Below are positions 36,923 to 44,784 of a DNA stretch of 47,393 nucleotides, piece by piece. The stretch spans positions 1 through 47,393 of IMG/VR virus record IMGVR_UViG_3300036798_000553; one strand, written 5' to 3'. The number at the start of each line of letters is the position of its first letter. Position 1 is the first letter of the stretch. A program made the position numbers and the translations under genes. Below the pieces are notes generated by a model. That model did no database searches, was not told where the DNA came from, and saw only the letters and a program-made list of their open reading frames with translations. Origin of the DNA: a virus (taxonomy: Duplodnaviria > Caudoviricetes).

Positions 36923-37204
36923 GTGAAGTTCCGGCCCCATTCGCTCGACGAACTCCACCGGAGCCGCTGCCTCACTCTGTCAGATCGGAGAATTTCTGTG
37001 GAAAAAGAAGGTTATCGAGGCGTTCCACTCCCGTCGGACTGGATCTACTACGGGTACGAGCAACGCAACGCATGGCACGGAGGTGTCGACGCCGCGCTCG
37101 CCGCCTGTACGCCGAGTGTCGAGGTTCGCAACAGTGTCGGCACCACCGCACCGGGCGCGACGGTGATTCAGGCCGGGAACATCGACAACGGCATCAGATT
37201 CTGA
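36923..37204 (+). CDS. hypothetical protein
   Basis: GGAGG RBS, GTG start. Confidence 0.5.
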   Translation: MKFRPHSLDELHRSRCLTLSDRRISVEKEGYRGVPLPSDWIYYGYEQRNAWHGGVDAALAACTPSVEVRNSVGTTAPGATVIQAGNIDNGIRF

Positions 37205-37212
37205 AAGGAGGT

Positions 37213-37764
37213 GGCTGTATCGAGCGCTCGTTCCTGACGTACTCGCCTGTTAGGTTGTAACTCGACATCCGCAGCACGAGTGGGTGTCGAGCTATCCGAA
37301 CAGGAAAGTGTTGGTAACTGTCAACCTCATCAACCTCATCAGGGTCAACAACCCAACTGGACACCGTACGGTGAAGTGCCCCTCCAAGCGTTAGGGGCAA
37401 GGAACCCAGTCCCGTTCGAGTCGGGCTACGGTGGCGGAAGCGGAAGGTCTCGTCGAGATACGCAAGTAGGCCCAGGAGAATCCGTCCTGAACGGTGTTAA
37501 GTCAAGGTCGAAAGTCCTCGCGGTAAGGCTACGCTTCAAGAATGGAGAGTGCTCAGGAGTCCGGAGGATTGCCAGAGGTGTTCGGGATGACATTTTGGCA
37601 ATCCACAAGGTAACTGAGGTCGTGTTGATCAGACCCGTCGAACGCCGAAGGACCGCGGAACGGCGGCCGGCGGTGAACTGCGGGCGACCTTTGCAACCGG
37701 AGGAAGGCCGGTCGCTCTCCAAACGCAGCCGGACGCGCAGTTGCTCGCGCTCCGCGCGTCCGGC
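37213..37764 (+). ncRNA. candidate large structured ncRNA
   Basis: no credible CDS; many stems (see findings); abuts tRNA-Arg. Confidence 0.55.
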
Positions 37765-37768
37765 ACTC

Positions 37769-37840
37769 GCCGCACTAGCTCAACGGACAGAGCTTCGGTC
37801 TACGGAACCGAGCGTCGAGGTTCGATTCCTCGGTGTGGCA
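37769..37840 (+). tRNA. tRNA-Arg (ACG)
   Basis: GCCGCAC/GTGTGGC acceptor, TCGGT-CTACGGA-ACCGA anticodon arm, CGAGG-TTCGATT-CCTCG T arm; no encoded CCA. Confidence 0.9.
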
Positions 37841-37858
37841 CTGAAAGGGGGCTGTTTC

Positions 37859-38047
37859 ATGCCAGAAAGAATGCCTCCGGTGGTCCTTCCGGATCGCTAT
37901 CAAACCGAGTCCGAACCAGTTTACAACGAACGCGTGTACCGATGGAGATGTTGGCTGGCGACAGAGCCCCGGCCGTTTCTGTGGTACGCTTCCGAGAATG
38001 AAGTTAAGGCCTATAAGAACTGGACTACCAGCAACCCAATACTTTAG
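37859..38047 (+). CDS. small hypothetical protein
   Basis: AAGGGGG RBS-like site, 62 aa. Confidence 0.45.
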   Translation: MPERMPPVVLPDRYQTESEPVYNERVYRWRCWLATEPRPFLWYASENEVKAYKNWTTSNPIL

Positions 38048-38049
38048 GG

Positions 38050-38495
38050 GTCCGGGGCCACGCCGGATGCCTGGGCTCCCCAGATACAGCCCGAACGGCC
38101 AGCACTGCACGCGGGAAACGTGCTTCGAGCGGCAGCCCACATTTCAGTATGGGTACAGTGGCACGCACCGCCGTTCGTACATGGACCGGACGGCGGTGCC
38201 CAACTTGTCCTGCGCCAGACCGGACAGCCGACTCGTGCGCAGCGCGGGTACGGCGAAGCGGAAGAACTACCTACAGCGAACTAGGAAGGTCCCGACGCAG
38301 TCGAGGTTGTTCGCCCTCGACATCTGGCTCTTAAAGTTCCGAGGTGCGTGAACGCATATCGGGATATCCGGGAGGAGACGAGTAGCGCCGTTTCGGGCTT
38401 CAGTGCCCACTCGCATAAGCGTGCACCCGGTGAGGCTGCTTGAGGAGGCGTCATCAGGAGCAATCCTCCTGACTCAGCCAAAGATTCAAGCAGCC
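38050..38495 (+). ncRNA. second hairpin-rich non-coding region
   Basis: serial stems, the last GGCTGCTTGA/TCAAGCAGCC ending 2 nt before tRNA-Lys. Confidence 0.45.
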
Positions 38496-38497
38496 GA

Positions 38498-38570
38498 CTC
38501 TCGCTAGCTCAGTAGGCAGAGCAGCCGACTTTTAATCGGCGGGTCGCTGGTTCGAGCCCAGCGCGGGAGA
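38498..38570 (+). tRNA. tRNA-Lys (TTT)
   Basis: CTCTCGC/GCGGGAG acceptor, GCCGA-CTTTTAA-TCGGC anticodon arm, GCTGG-TTCGAGC-CCAGC T arm; no encoded CCA. Confidence 0.92.
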
Positions 38571-38593
38571 CGTGTCCGAACGAGAGGAAGGGC

Positions 38594-39121
38594 ATGGATG
38601 AAGTAGCACAGTTACGTCAGTTCGCGCTGAGTGAAGCGGTCAAGCTCCACAAGGACCGTGAGTTCACCGGAACACACACGGCCGCCGGCCAGGTTGTCGC
38701 GGCGGCCGAGAAGTTCTTCGGGTTCCTGAACGAAGCGGCGCCGACCGCTCGCTTGGCTTTCTCCATCGTCCTGATCACCGACCAGGCCACCGGCAGTCCC
38801 AGCCCCCACCAGTACAGCGGAGGAATTCCTACCATGCTCGACACCGAACAGTTGGTCATCGCGGTCCAGGCCGAGGACAGCAAGGGTGCCCCCACGTCGG
38901 ACTCGCTGACCTGGAGCGCCCCCGGCGACGTGACCGGCGCCGTCCTCACGCCCTCGGCGGACACCATGTCCTGCACGGTCGCTGCCGGCACGCCGGGTAT
39001 CGTCCCGGTCCAGGCCGTCGACCCCAACGGTGTGACCGGCCTGTCGCCGGTGACCGTCACTGCGGGTGCGGCCACCCAGCTCGTCCTCACCCAGGGCACC
39101 CCGACCCCCCAGGGCGCCTGA
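38594..39121 (+). CDS. hypothetical protein with an Ig-like C-terminal domain (internal start 38834)
   Basis: beta-rich T/V/G/P C-terminal half, LTWS, VTVTAGAATQL. Confidence 0.65.
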   Translation: MDEVAQLRQFALSEAVKLHKDREFTGTHTAAGQVVAAAEKFFGFLNEAAPTARLAFSIVLITDQATGSPSPHQYSGGIPTMLDTEQLVIAVQAEDSKGAPTSDSLTWSAPGDVTGAVLTPSADTMSCTVAAGTPGIVPVQAVDPNGVTGLSPVTVTAGAATQLVLTQGTPTPQGA

Positions 39122-39210
39122 GCCGGTCGCCGCGCGACCAGTGAGCCGGTCGCGCGGCAGCGGTGGGCTATTTCGAATCCTGGTGTCCCAGCAAGGAAAG
39201 GAAGCCTTCG

Positions 39211-39399
39211 GTGATCTTCCGCACCAGCTCCTACAGCGGCGGCGACAACGGCTCGCAGTGCGTGGCCGTCGCCCGCACCACTCGCGCCAGCGCACTCCGC
39301 GACAGCAAGAGCCCGGCCACGGGCACGCTGACCGGCGCGCCCACTCTCCTCGGCGATCTGGTCGGCGCCATCCGCGCAGGGCAGTTGACGCGGATCTGA
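39211..39399 (+). CDS. DUF397-domain protein
   Basis: FRTSSYSGG...QCVAVA...LRDSK.P. Confidence 0.8.
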   Translation: MIFRTSSYSGGDNGSQCVAVARTTRASALRDSKSPATGTLTGAPTLLGDLVGAIRAGQLTRI

Positions 39400-39507
39400 A
39401 AACCCCTTGCGCCCTACTAGGACCTCGGGTAGAGTTCCACTTGTAAGTCTGGACGCCGCCTCTGCGCCTCTGCGCCTCGCATGCGGCACCGGACACGGCT
39501 TAGCTTC

Positions 39508-39577
39508 GGTTCCGCTGTCTTGCTGCTGGGGTTCCTTCTTCGGTGAATAACACCTCGGCGCACTTTTTCTCGGAACC
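39508..39577 (+). ncRNA. short Y-RNA-like unit 1
   Basis: GGTTCCG/CGGAACC terminal stem with CCGCTGTC and TTTTCTCGG motifs. Confidence 0.6.
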
Positions 39578-39594
39578 CAATAACTCAATAAGTT

Positions 39595-39755
39595 GTTCCC
39601 GCTGTCTTGGACTAGGGATACTTCAACTGAAATCGTGTGTTGCGGGTTCGAACCCCGCCGCTGGGCGTACCTTCGGATGGCCCGGCGTAGCTCAATTGGC
39701 AGAGCAACGGCCTGAATCGGCGCAAGCCGGCCTTCGTCCGATTTTTCTCGGGAAC
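39595..39755 (+). ncRNA. yrlA: YrlA-type Y RNA (tRNA mimic)
   Basis: GTTCCCG/CGGGAAC terminal stem; permuted tRNA domain with the T arm (GCGGG-TTCGAAC-CCCGC) before an acceptor-like stem and D arm (TAGCTCAATTGGCAGAGC); adjacent to the Ro gene. Confidence 0.85.
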
Positions 39756-39765
39756 TCAGCTTCAG

Positions 39766-39840
39766 GAGTCCGCTGTCCAGGTTGGGGTTACTTCCACTTC
39801 TAATGGGTTTTGTCGCCTCGATCGCCCTTTTCTCGGACTC
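39766..39840 (+). ncRNA. short Y-RNA-like unit 3
   Basis: GAGTCCG/CGGACTC terminal stem with the same motifs. Confidence 0.6.
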
Positions 39841-39880
39841 GCGCTGAGTCCCCTCCAACCGCCCAGGAGGGATCGATCGC

Positions 39881-41488
39881 ATGAGTAAGTTCAATAAGCC
39901 CGGCTCGCGTCCGTCGAGTGAGTCGCCGGTGTACGCCGAGTCGACGCCATCTGGGCGAACCGCGCTGGGAGCGCCGGGTTACGCGCGAGACGCGCAGTCC
40001 GAGCTGTTTTTGCTGGGGGTAACGAATTTAGTTACCGAAGACGCGTTCCACGAGTCCGCCGCGCAGCGCGATAGCCGGTTCGCCGAGCTGGTGCGGATCG
40101 TGGCCCCGGTCGAGCCGGACTGGACACGCCGTTTCATCCGCTGGCTTCGGCACGATGTGGGTATGCGCTCGGCGCCGTTGGTGCTGGCCAACCACGCGGT
40201 CAACTCGGCGCTTCCGGAGGGTCTTTCCGGTCGGCATTTCGTCAGCGCCGCATTGGACCGGGCCGAGGAGCCGGGCGAGGCGCTGGCGTACTGGCAGCAG
40301 GCTTGGGGGCGGAAGATGGCAATCTCCTGGCGGCGCGGCGTCGCCGATGCGGCCACTCGGCTCTACACCCAGCGGTCGCTGCTGAAGTGGGATTCGCCGG
40401 ACAAGCCGATGCGCTTCGGCAAGGTCATCGAGCTGACGCACCCGACGCCGCGGGACGCTGAGCAGGCCGCGCTGTTCCGCTACGCGATGGATCGGCGGTT
40501 CAAGGGCAACGACGCGGATATCCCGCGCGAGCTGGAGATTGTGCACTACCACCAGAAGCTCATGGGCTGGCCGGTGGCGAAGCGTCGGGCGCTGTTCGAC
40601 AAGCCGGGCGCAGCCGACAAGCTCTGGCGGGCCGGCATGACGTGGGAGAAGGTCTCGGGCTGGCTCCAGGGTCCGCTGGACGCCACCGTCTGGGAAGCGT
40701 TGATTCCGGTGATGGGCTACGCAGCCCTGCTGCGGAACCTGCGCAACTTCGACCAGGCCGGCGTGCGGGACGAGGTGGCCGAGCTGGTGCAGGCGCGGCT
40801 GGCCGATCCCGTGGAGGTGCTGCGGGCGCGGCAGTTTCCGATGGCTTACCTCTCGGCCTACCGGGCGACGTCGGACTCGCTGCGCTGGGGCCACGCCCTG
40901 GAAAAGGCGCTGGGCCTGTCCCTGGCCAACATCCCCGAGTTGACCGGCCGCACGTTGATCCTGGTCGACACCAGCACCAGCATGCGCGATGGTTTCAGCA
41001 AGGACGGCACGGTTAAGCGCTGGGATGCGGCGGTGGTCTTCGCTCTCGCCCTGGCCTCGCGGTGCGCACAAGCCGACGTGGTGTCCTTCTCCTCCAACGC
41101 TCGGTACATGGGAGACCCGCCTGGTGCGAACACCAAGCATTTCGTCTCGCGCCCCGGCGAATCTCTGCTACGCGGCATCGAACGCTGGGACAAGGGAGGC
41201 TACTTCCTGGAAGGCGGAACGGCCACCGGCGAGGCGGTGCGCAAGCACTTCCATGCCGAAGACCACAAGCGCGTGGTCATTCTCACCGACGGCCAGTACC
41301 GGGGCATCAACCCGCACGAGCAGCTTCCGCGGAGCACGCCGCTCTACACCTGGAACATAGCCGGCTACCAGTACGGCCACGCGCCGGCCGGCGGCCACAA
41401 CCGGCACGAGCTCGGCGGCCTGACCGACCGGGGCTTCGAGATGATCCCGCTTCTGGAACGCGGCCAGGACACCGACTGGCCGTTCTGA
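39881..41488 (+). CDS. rsr: Ro60-like TROVE plus vWA RNA-binding protein
   Basis: MSKFN, SELFLL, GMRS, TWE, MGYAALLRNLRN, RQFP, LILVDTSTSM, GGT, ILTD. Confidence 0.93.
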   Translation: MSKFNKPGSRPSSESPVYAESTPSGRTALGAPGYARDAQSELFLLGVTNLVTEDAFHESAAQRDSRFAELVRIVAPVEPDWTRRFIRWLRHDVGMRSAPLVLANHAVNSALPEGLSGRHFVSAALDRAEEPGEALAYWQQAWGRKMAISWRRGVADAATRLYTQRSLLKWDSPDKPMRFGKVIELTHPTPRDAEQAALFRYAMDRRFKGNDADIPRELEIVHYHQKLMGWPVAKRRALFDKPGAADKLWRAGMTWEKVSGWLQGPLDATVWEALIPVMGYAALLRNLRNFDQAGVRDEVAELVQARLADPVEVLRARQFPMAYLSAYRATSDSLRWGHALEKALGLSLANIPELTGRTLILVDTSTSMRDGFSKDGTVKRWDAAVVFALALASRCAQADVVSFSSNARYMGDPPGANTKHFVSRPGESLLRGIERWDKGGYFLEGGTATGEAVRKHFHAEDHKRVVILTDGQYRGINPHEQLPRSTPLYTWNIAGYQYGHAPAGGHNRHELGGLTDRGFEMIPLLERGQDTDWPF

Positions 41489-41507
41489 ATCGACCAAGGG
41501 AGACTGC

Positions 41508-41684
41508 ATGACGGACCCAACCTCCAATGCCGACTTCGCCGTGAACGACCGCGTCTACCTGGATGCGGTCAACCAGGGTAACGGCACGGTCACCAGCTCG
41601 GACGACACCGGCATCGGCGTGCACATGGATGACCCGAACATTCCCGACCAGTTCACGAACTACCGCTACCTCACGCACATCTGA
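41508..41684 (+). CDS. small hypothetical protein
   Basis: AAGGGAG RBS, FAVNDRVYL. Confidence 0.55.
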   Translation: MTDPTSNADFAVNDRVYLDAVNQGNGTVTSSDDTGIGVHMDDPNIPDQFTNYRYLTHI

Positions 41685-41761
41685 TCGGCCCGCCAACCAG
41701 CCACAGCCCCCGTGTGCCAGCGCACCGCGGGGGCTGTGGCGTTACACGAGGAGAAATTACG

Positions 41762-42160
41762 GTGATTACCTTTCCGGAAACCCTGCTGCTGACCGTCCTG
41801 CTCGGCATCCTGACGTGGATCGGCCACATGAGACAGACCGGCAAGCCACCCTGGATGACCCAGTTCAAGGCCGACCTCACCGACACCCTGGCCCGAGTCG
41901 ACACCGCCCTGGCCGAACTGTGGACACGCGCCGCCGACCTCTACAGCATCGGCCTGATCGTCCTGACCGACGCGATCGAGCAGACGCGCCTCGTGCAGGC
42001 CTATGAGTACGTCGGCCGCCACCAACCGCACCTCGGCAGCGTTTCTGTCGCCAAACTCCTGGGCATCGAGGGCGCCTCGGTGAACTGGGCGCAGGTCCTG
42101 CGCGACATGAACGAGGAGATCAAGCGCGAGAACCACGCCCGCTGGGCGGCGATCGCATGA
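41762..42160 (+). CDS. hypothetical protein with an N-terminal TM segment
   Basis: GAGGAG RBS, LLLTVLLGILTWI. Confidence 0.6.
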   Translation: MITFPETLLLTVLLGILTWIGHMRQTGKPPWMTQFKADLTDTLARVDTALAELWTRAADLYSIGLIVLTDAIEQTRLVQAYEYVGRHQPHLGSVSVAKLLGIEGASVNWAQVLRDMNEEIKRENHARWAAIA

Positions 42161-42357
42161 ACGAGCCGCAGCGCTATGCACTCGTCCAAGACGGCGACTG
42201 CCATTGGTACGTCATTGAAGCCGAGCACGTCGAGGAGTTCTACGAACTGGACGACGACGCGATCAATGACGGCCAACCGTGGCTGTGGCAGGTTGGCGGC
42301 GCACCGAACCAAGTCACGTTCACAGACCCGACGATCTTCGGCGAGGCGCTTCGATGA
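42157..42357 (+). CDS. hypothetical protein
   Basis: RYALVQDGDCHWYVI...VTFTDP; coupled ORF. Confidence 0.65.
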   Translation: MNEPQRYALVQDGDCHWYVIEAEHVEEFYELDDDAINDGQPWLWQVGGAPNQVTFTDPTIFGEALR

Positions 42358-42635
42358 CCGCTTCCACTGAAGATTACTGCGCCCTCAACGACATGCCAGC
42401 CTCGATGTGCGCCCACTGCCGCGGACACCTGAGCGTCGAGGAGCAGGTCGCCGCCGAACACACCGACCCAGCACTCGTCCCGCCGGCCGCCTCCGGCTGG
42501 GTGCGGGCGCTGTACTCCGGCGCCTGCAACGGCTGTGGCGAGCCGATCCACGTCGGCGACTGGATCACCCACGACCCGACTTCGGAGTACCGCGCGTTCT
42601 GGCTGGGCGTCTGTTGCGCTGAGGCAGCTCGGTAG
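42354..42635 (+). CDS. small Zn-finger protein
   Basis: C..DM...CAHC and YSGACNGCGEPIHVGD. Confidence 0.65.
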   Translation: MTASTEDYCALNDMPASMCAHCRGHLSVEEQVAAEHTDPALVPPAASGWVRALYSGACNGCGEPIHVGDWITHDPTSEYRAFWLGVCCAEAAR

Positions 42636-42672
42636 GGTACATTCTTGCTACCACCAACCAAAGGAGTTCGCC

Positions 42673-43320
42673 GTGCACCGCACCGCACGCCGCAAGCGCT
42701 TCGCCGGCTACCGCCGGGTCCTCAACCAGTACCAGAAGCTCGGCTACGTCGGCGCCGAGATCCAGTTCCGCGCACACGACCGCCTGAACTGCGCGCCTGA
42801 GCTGGGCGTTCATTTCCGCTGGACTGTGCGGGCGAACCGGCCCGGAGACCTGTCGATCCTCGGCGGCCAAGTCGACCGGTTTGGTCTGCGTTATCTCAAG
42901 ATCATACATCCCACCGAACTGCGGAGGGACTGCGTGGTACTTCAGGAAACCCCAGAGTCGACGGGCTCCGCGATGCAGCAGGTTGATCTCTCCGGCATCA
43001 AGGCAGAGTTCGAGCAGAACGCGAGCGCCTACGCAGCGGAGGAGCTGGGGTTCATGTCCGGTCGCATTCACGCCGAGGTGCCCGAGCAGTACCAGCTCGA
43101 CGTCGATCGAGCGATCGCGCTGGCCCAGGAGATTCTGGACCGCAAGGATCGGGGCTGGGCGCCGAAGTGCCGCCACCGCGCCGGCTTGGACGGCACCTGC
43201 CGGTTCAAGCGCGACGTGCTGCTGGCCTTCTGGCGCTGGCTCCAGGCGCTGTCGATCGAGGAGACCGGCTCGATGCTTCAGGTGCCGGAGATTGTCATTC
43301 GTGCGAGGAGCGAGGCGTGA
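42673..43320 (+). CDS. hypothetical protein
   Basis: AAGGAG RBS, GTG start, preceded by the GGTAGGGTACATT motif. Confidence 0.6.
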   Translation: MHRTARRKRFAGYRRVLNQYQKLGYVGAEIQFRAHDRLNCAPELGVHFRWTVRANRPGDLSILGGQVDRFGLRYLKIIHPTELRRDCVVLQETPESTGSAMQQVDLSGIKAEFEQNASAYAAEELGFMSGRIHAEVPEQYQLDVDRAIALAQEILDRKDRGWAPKCRHRAGLDGTCRFKRDVLLAFWRWLQALSIEETGSMLQVPEIVIRARSEA

Positions 43321-43421
43321 CCGTCGGACAGTTCGTCGAAGACCTGGCCGGAACTTTGGCATGGCCGATTGCCGTTGTCATTGTGATGCTGCTCGTAGCA
43401 CATTGGATAAGGAAGCCGTGA
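43317..43421 (+). CDS. small TM peptide
   Basis: LAWPIAVVIVMLLV; GTGA coupling. Confidence 0.45.
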   Translation: MTVGQFVEDLAGTLAWPIAVVIVMLLVAHWIRKP

Positions 43422-43537
43422 AACTCATCATCTCCCTCGTGGTCTTCGCGGTAATTCTTCTCGGTCTCGCTCTCCTGTTTCCGCACCAGGGCAACGAGGT
43501 CATCAACTGGATCGTCAACAGGGCGAAGGGACATTGA
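43418..43537 (+). CDS. small TM peptide
   Basis: LIISLVVFAVILLGLALLF; GTGA coupling. Confidence 0.5.
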   Translation: MKLIISLVVFAVILLGLALLFPHQGNEVINWIVNRAKGH

Positions 43538-44337
43538 TGGACACGAAGCGAGCGATTGCCGACCAGCACACGATCCTGCGGACGCAGGTCGGCTCGGGAC
43601 TGCACGGGACGGCGATCTCCGGGCAGGACGACCGCGACGAGATGGGGATCTGCGTCGAGCCGCCGGAATACGTGCTCGGGCTGGAGCGGTTCGACCAGTA
43701 CGAGTTCCGCTCCCAGCCGACGGGCGTGCGGTCCGGTCCGGGCGACCTTGACTTGGTCGTCTATGGATTGAAAAAATGGATGCGCTTGGCCGTCGCCGGC
43801 AATCCAACCATCATCCTGCCGCTGTTCGCGCCGGAGTCGGAGGTGCTGGTCAACACACCCTACGGCGAGCGCCTGCGCCAGCAGGTGCCGACGCTGCTCT
43901 CGCGCCAGTGCGCGGACCGCTACCGCGGCTACCTGGAGAGCCAGCGCGCCCGGCTGATGGGCTTGAAGTCCACTGGCACCAATCGGCCTGAACTGATCGA
44001 GCTGTACGGTTTTGACACGAAGTACGCCATGCATATGGTCCGTCTGGGCATCCAGGGTATCGAGCTGCTGACCACCGGCCGCATCACGCTGCCCGTCCCC
44101 GCGCCTCACCTGACGCTGTTGCGTGACATTCGCGTCGGCAAGCTGACTATGCAGGAAACCCTGGTGATCGCCGATGAATTCGACGCCGAGCTGCTGCGCC
44201 TGCGCACTGAATCGCCGCTGCCCGAGGAAGTGGACCGAGCCAAGACCAACGAACTGTTGATCGAGATCTACGAAGCAGCGTGGCACACCAAGCCGGACCC
44301 CATTGTATTTCCGCTCAGTGCGGACTGGCCCTACTGA
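43537..44337 (+). CDS. Pol-beta-superfamily nucleotidyltransferase (RlaP/YcgL-like)
   Basis: VGSGLHG, DDRDEMG, GNPT, GFDTKYAMHMVRL. Confidence 0.85.
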   Translation: MDTKRAIADQHTILRTQVGSGLHGTAISGQDDRDEMGICVEPPEYVLGLERFDQYEFRSQPTGVRSGPGDLDLVVYGLKKWMRLAVAGNPTIILPLFAPESEVLVNTPYGERLRQQVPTLLSRQCADRYRGYLESQRARLMGLKSTGTNRPELIELYGFDTKYAMHMVRLGIQGIELLTTGRITLPVPAPHLTLLRDIRVGKLTMQETLVIADEFDAELLRLRTESPLPEEVDRAKTNELLIEIYEAAWHTKPDPIVFPLSADWPY

Positions 44338-44355
44338 CGCTCGACGGGAGGATCG

Positions 44356-44784
44356 ATGTATCACGGCAAGACAGACCAAATCCACAAGCGCAACCAAACC
44401 TTTCCTCGCTTCTCGCTGTGCGGAATGGAGCGAATCACCGACCAGAACCTGACGCACCGCTGGGAGCGCGTCAACTGCGGCAACTGTATCGCCCTTCAGC
44501 AGACCTCCACTGTGGAGAGCATTGCCAGCCCTGGCACCGAGCAGGACCGCCAGCTCTACGTGGACAGCAGCCAACCTTCCACGGTGTGGGAGCGCGTCGA
44601 GGTGTGGGAGCGCGACGAAATGTGGCCGCTGTCGATCCGCGGTACCCGGCTGCCCCTCGCGACCGCGCCGACCTACGCGCAGGTGAACGCCACGGAGGGG
44701 CCGCTGGTGCGCATCCAGGAAATCGAGCTGCTGTGGCGCTACGTGCGGCACCTGGAGACCCGGATCGGAGACGGAAACCTATGA
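44356..44784 (+). CDS. hypothetical protein
   Basis: GGAGG RBS; H..SLCG..VNCGNC. Confidence 0.6.
   Translation: MYHGKTDQIHKRNQTFPRFSLCGMERITDQNLTHRWERVNCGNCIALQQTSTVESIASPGTEQDRQLYVDSSQPSTVWERVEVWERDEMWPLSIRGTRLPLATAPTYAQVNATEGPLVRIQEIELLWRYVRHLETRIGDGNL

Noticed and set aside
37213-37730. RNase P RNA
   Set aside because: GAAAGTCC is present, but the matching 3' P4 strand (AGAACCCGGCTTA-like) does not follow.
37280-37858. 5' part of the 255-aa ORF 37280..38047
   Set aside because: It runs through tRNA-Arg and structured RNA and has atypical composition; only 37859-38047 is plausible.
38050-38495. tmRNA or SRP RNA
   Set aside because: No terminal T arm/CCA or tag ORF; AAGCAGCC is present without the SRP CAGG-GNRA helix.
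39640-39706. Canonical tRNA
   Set aside because: The T arm precedes the D arm and there is no anticodon arm; this fits YrlA instead.
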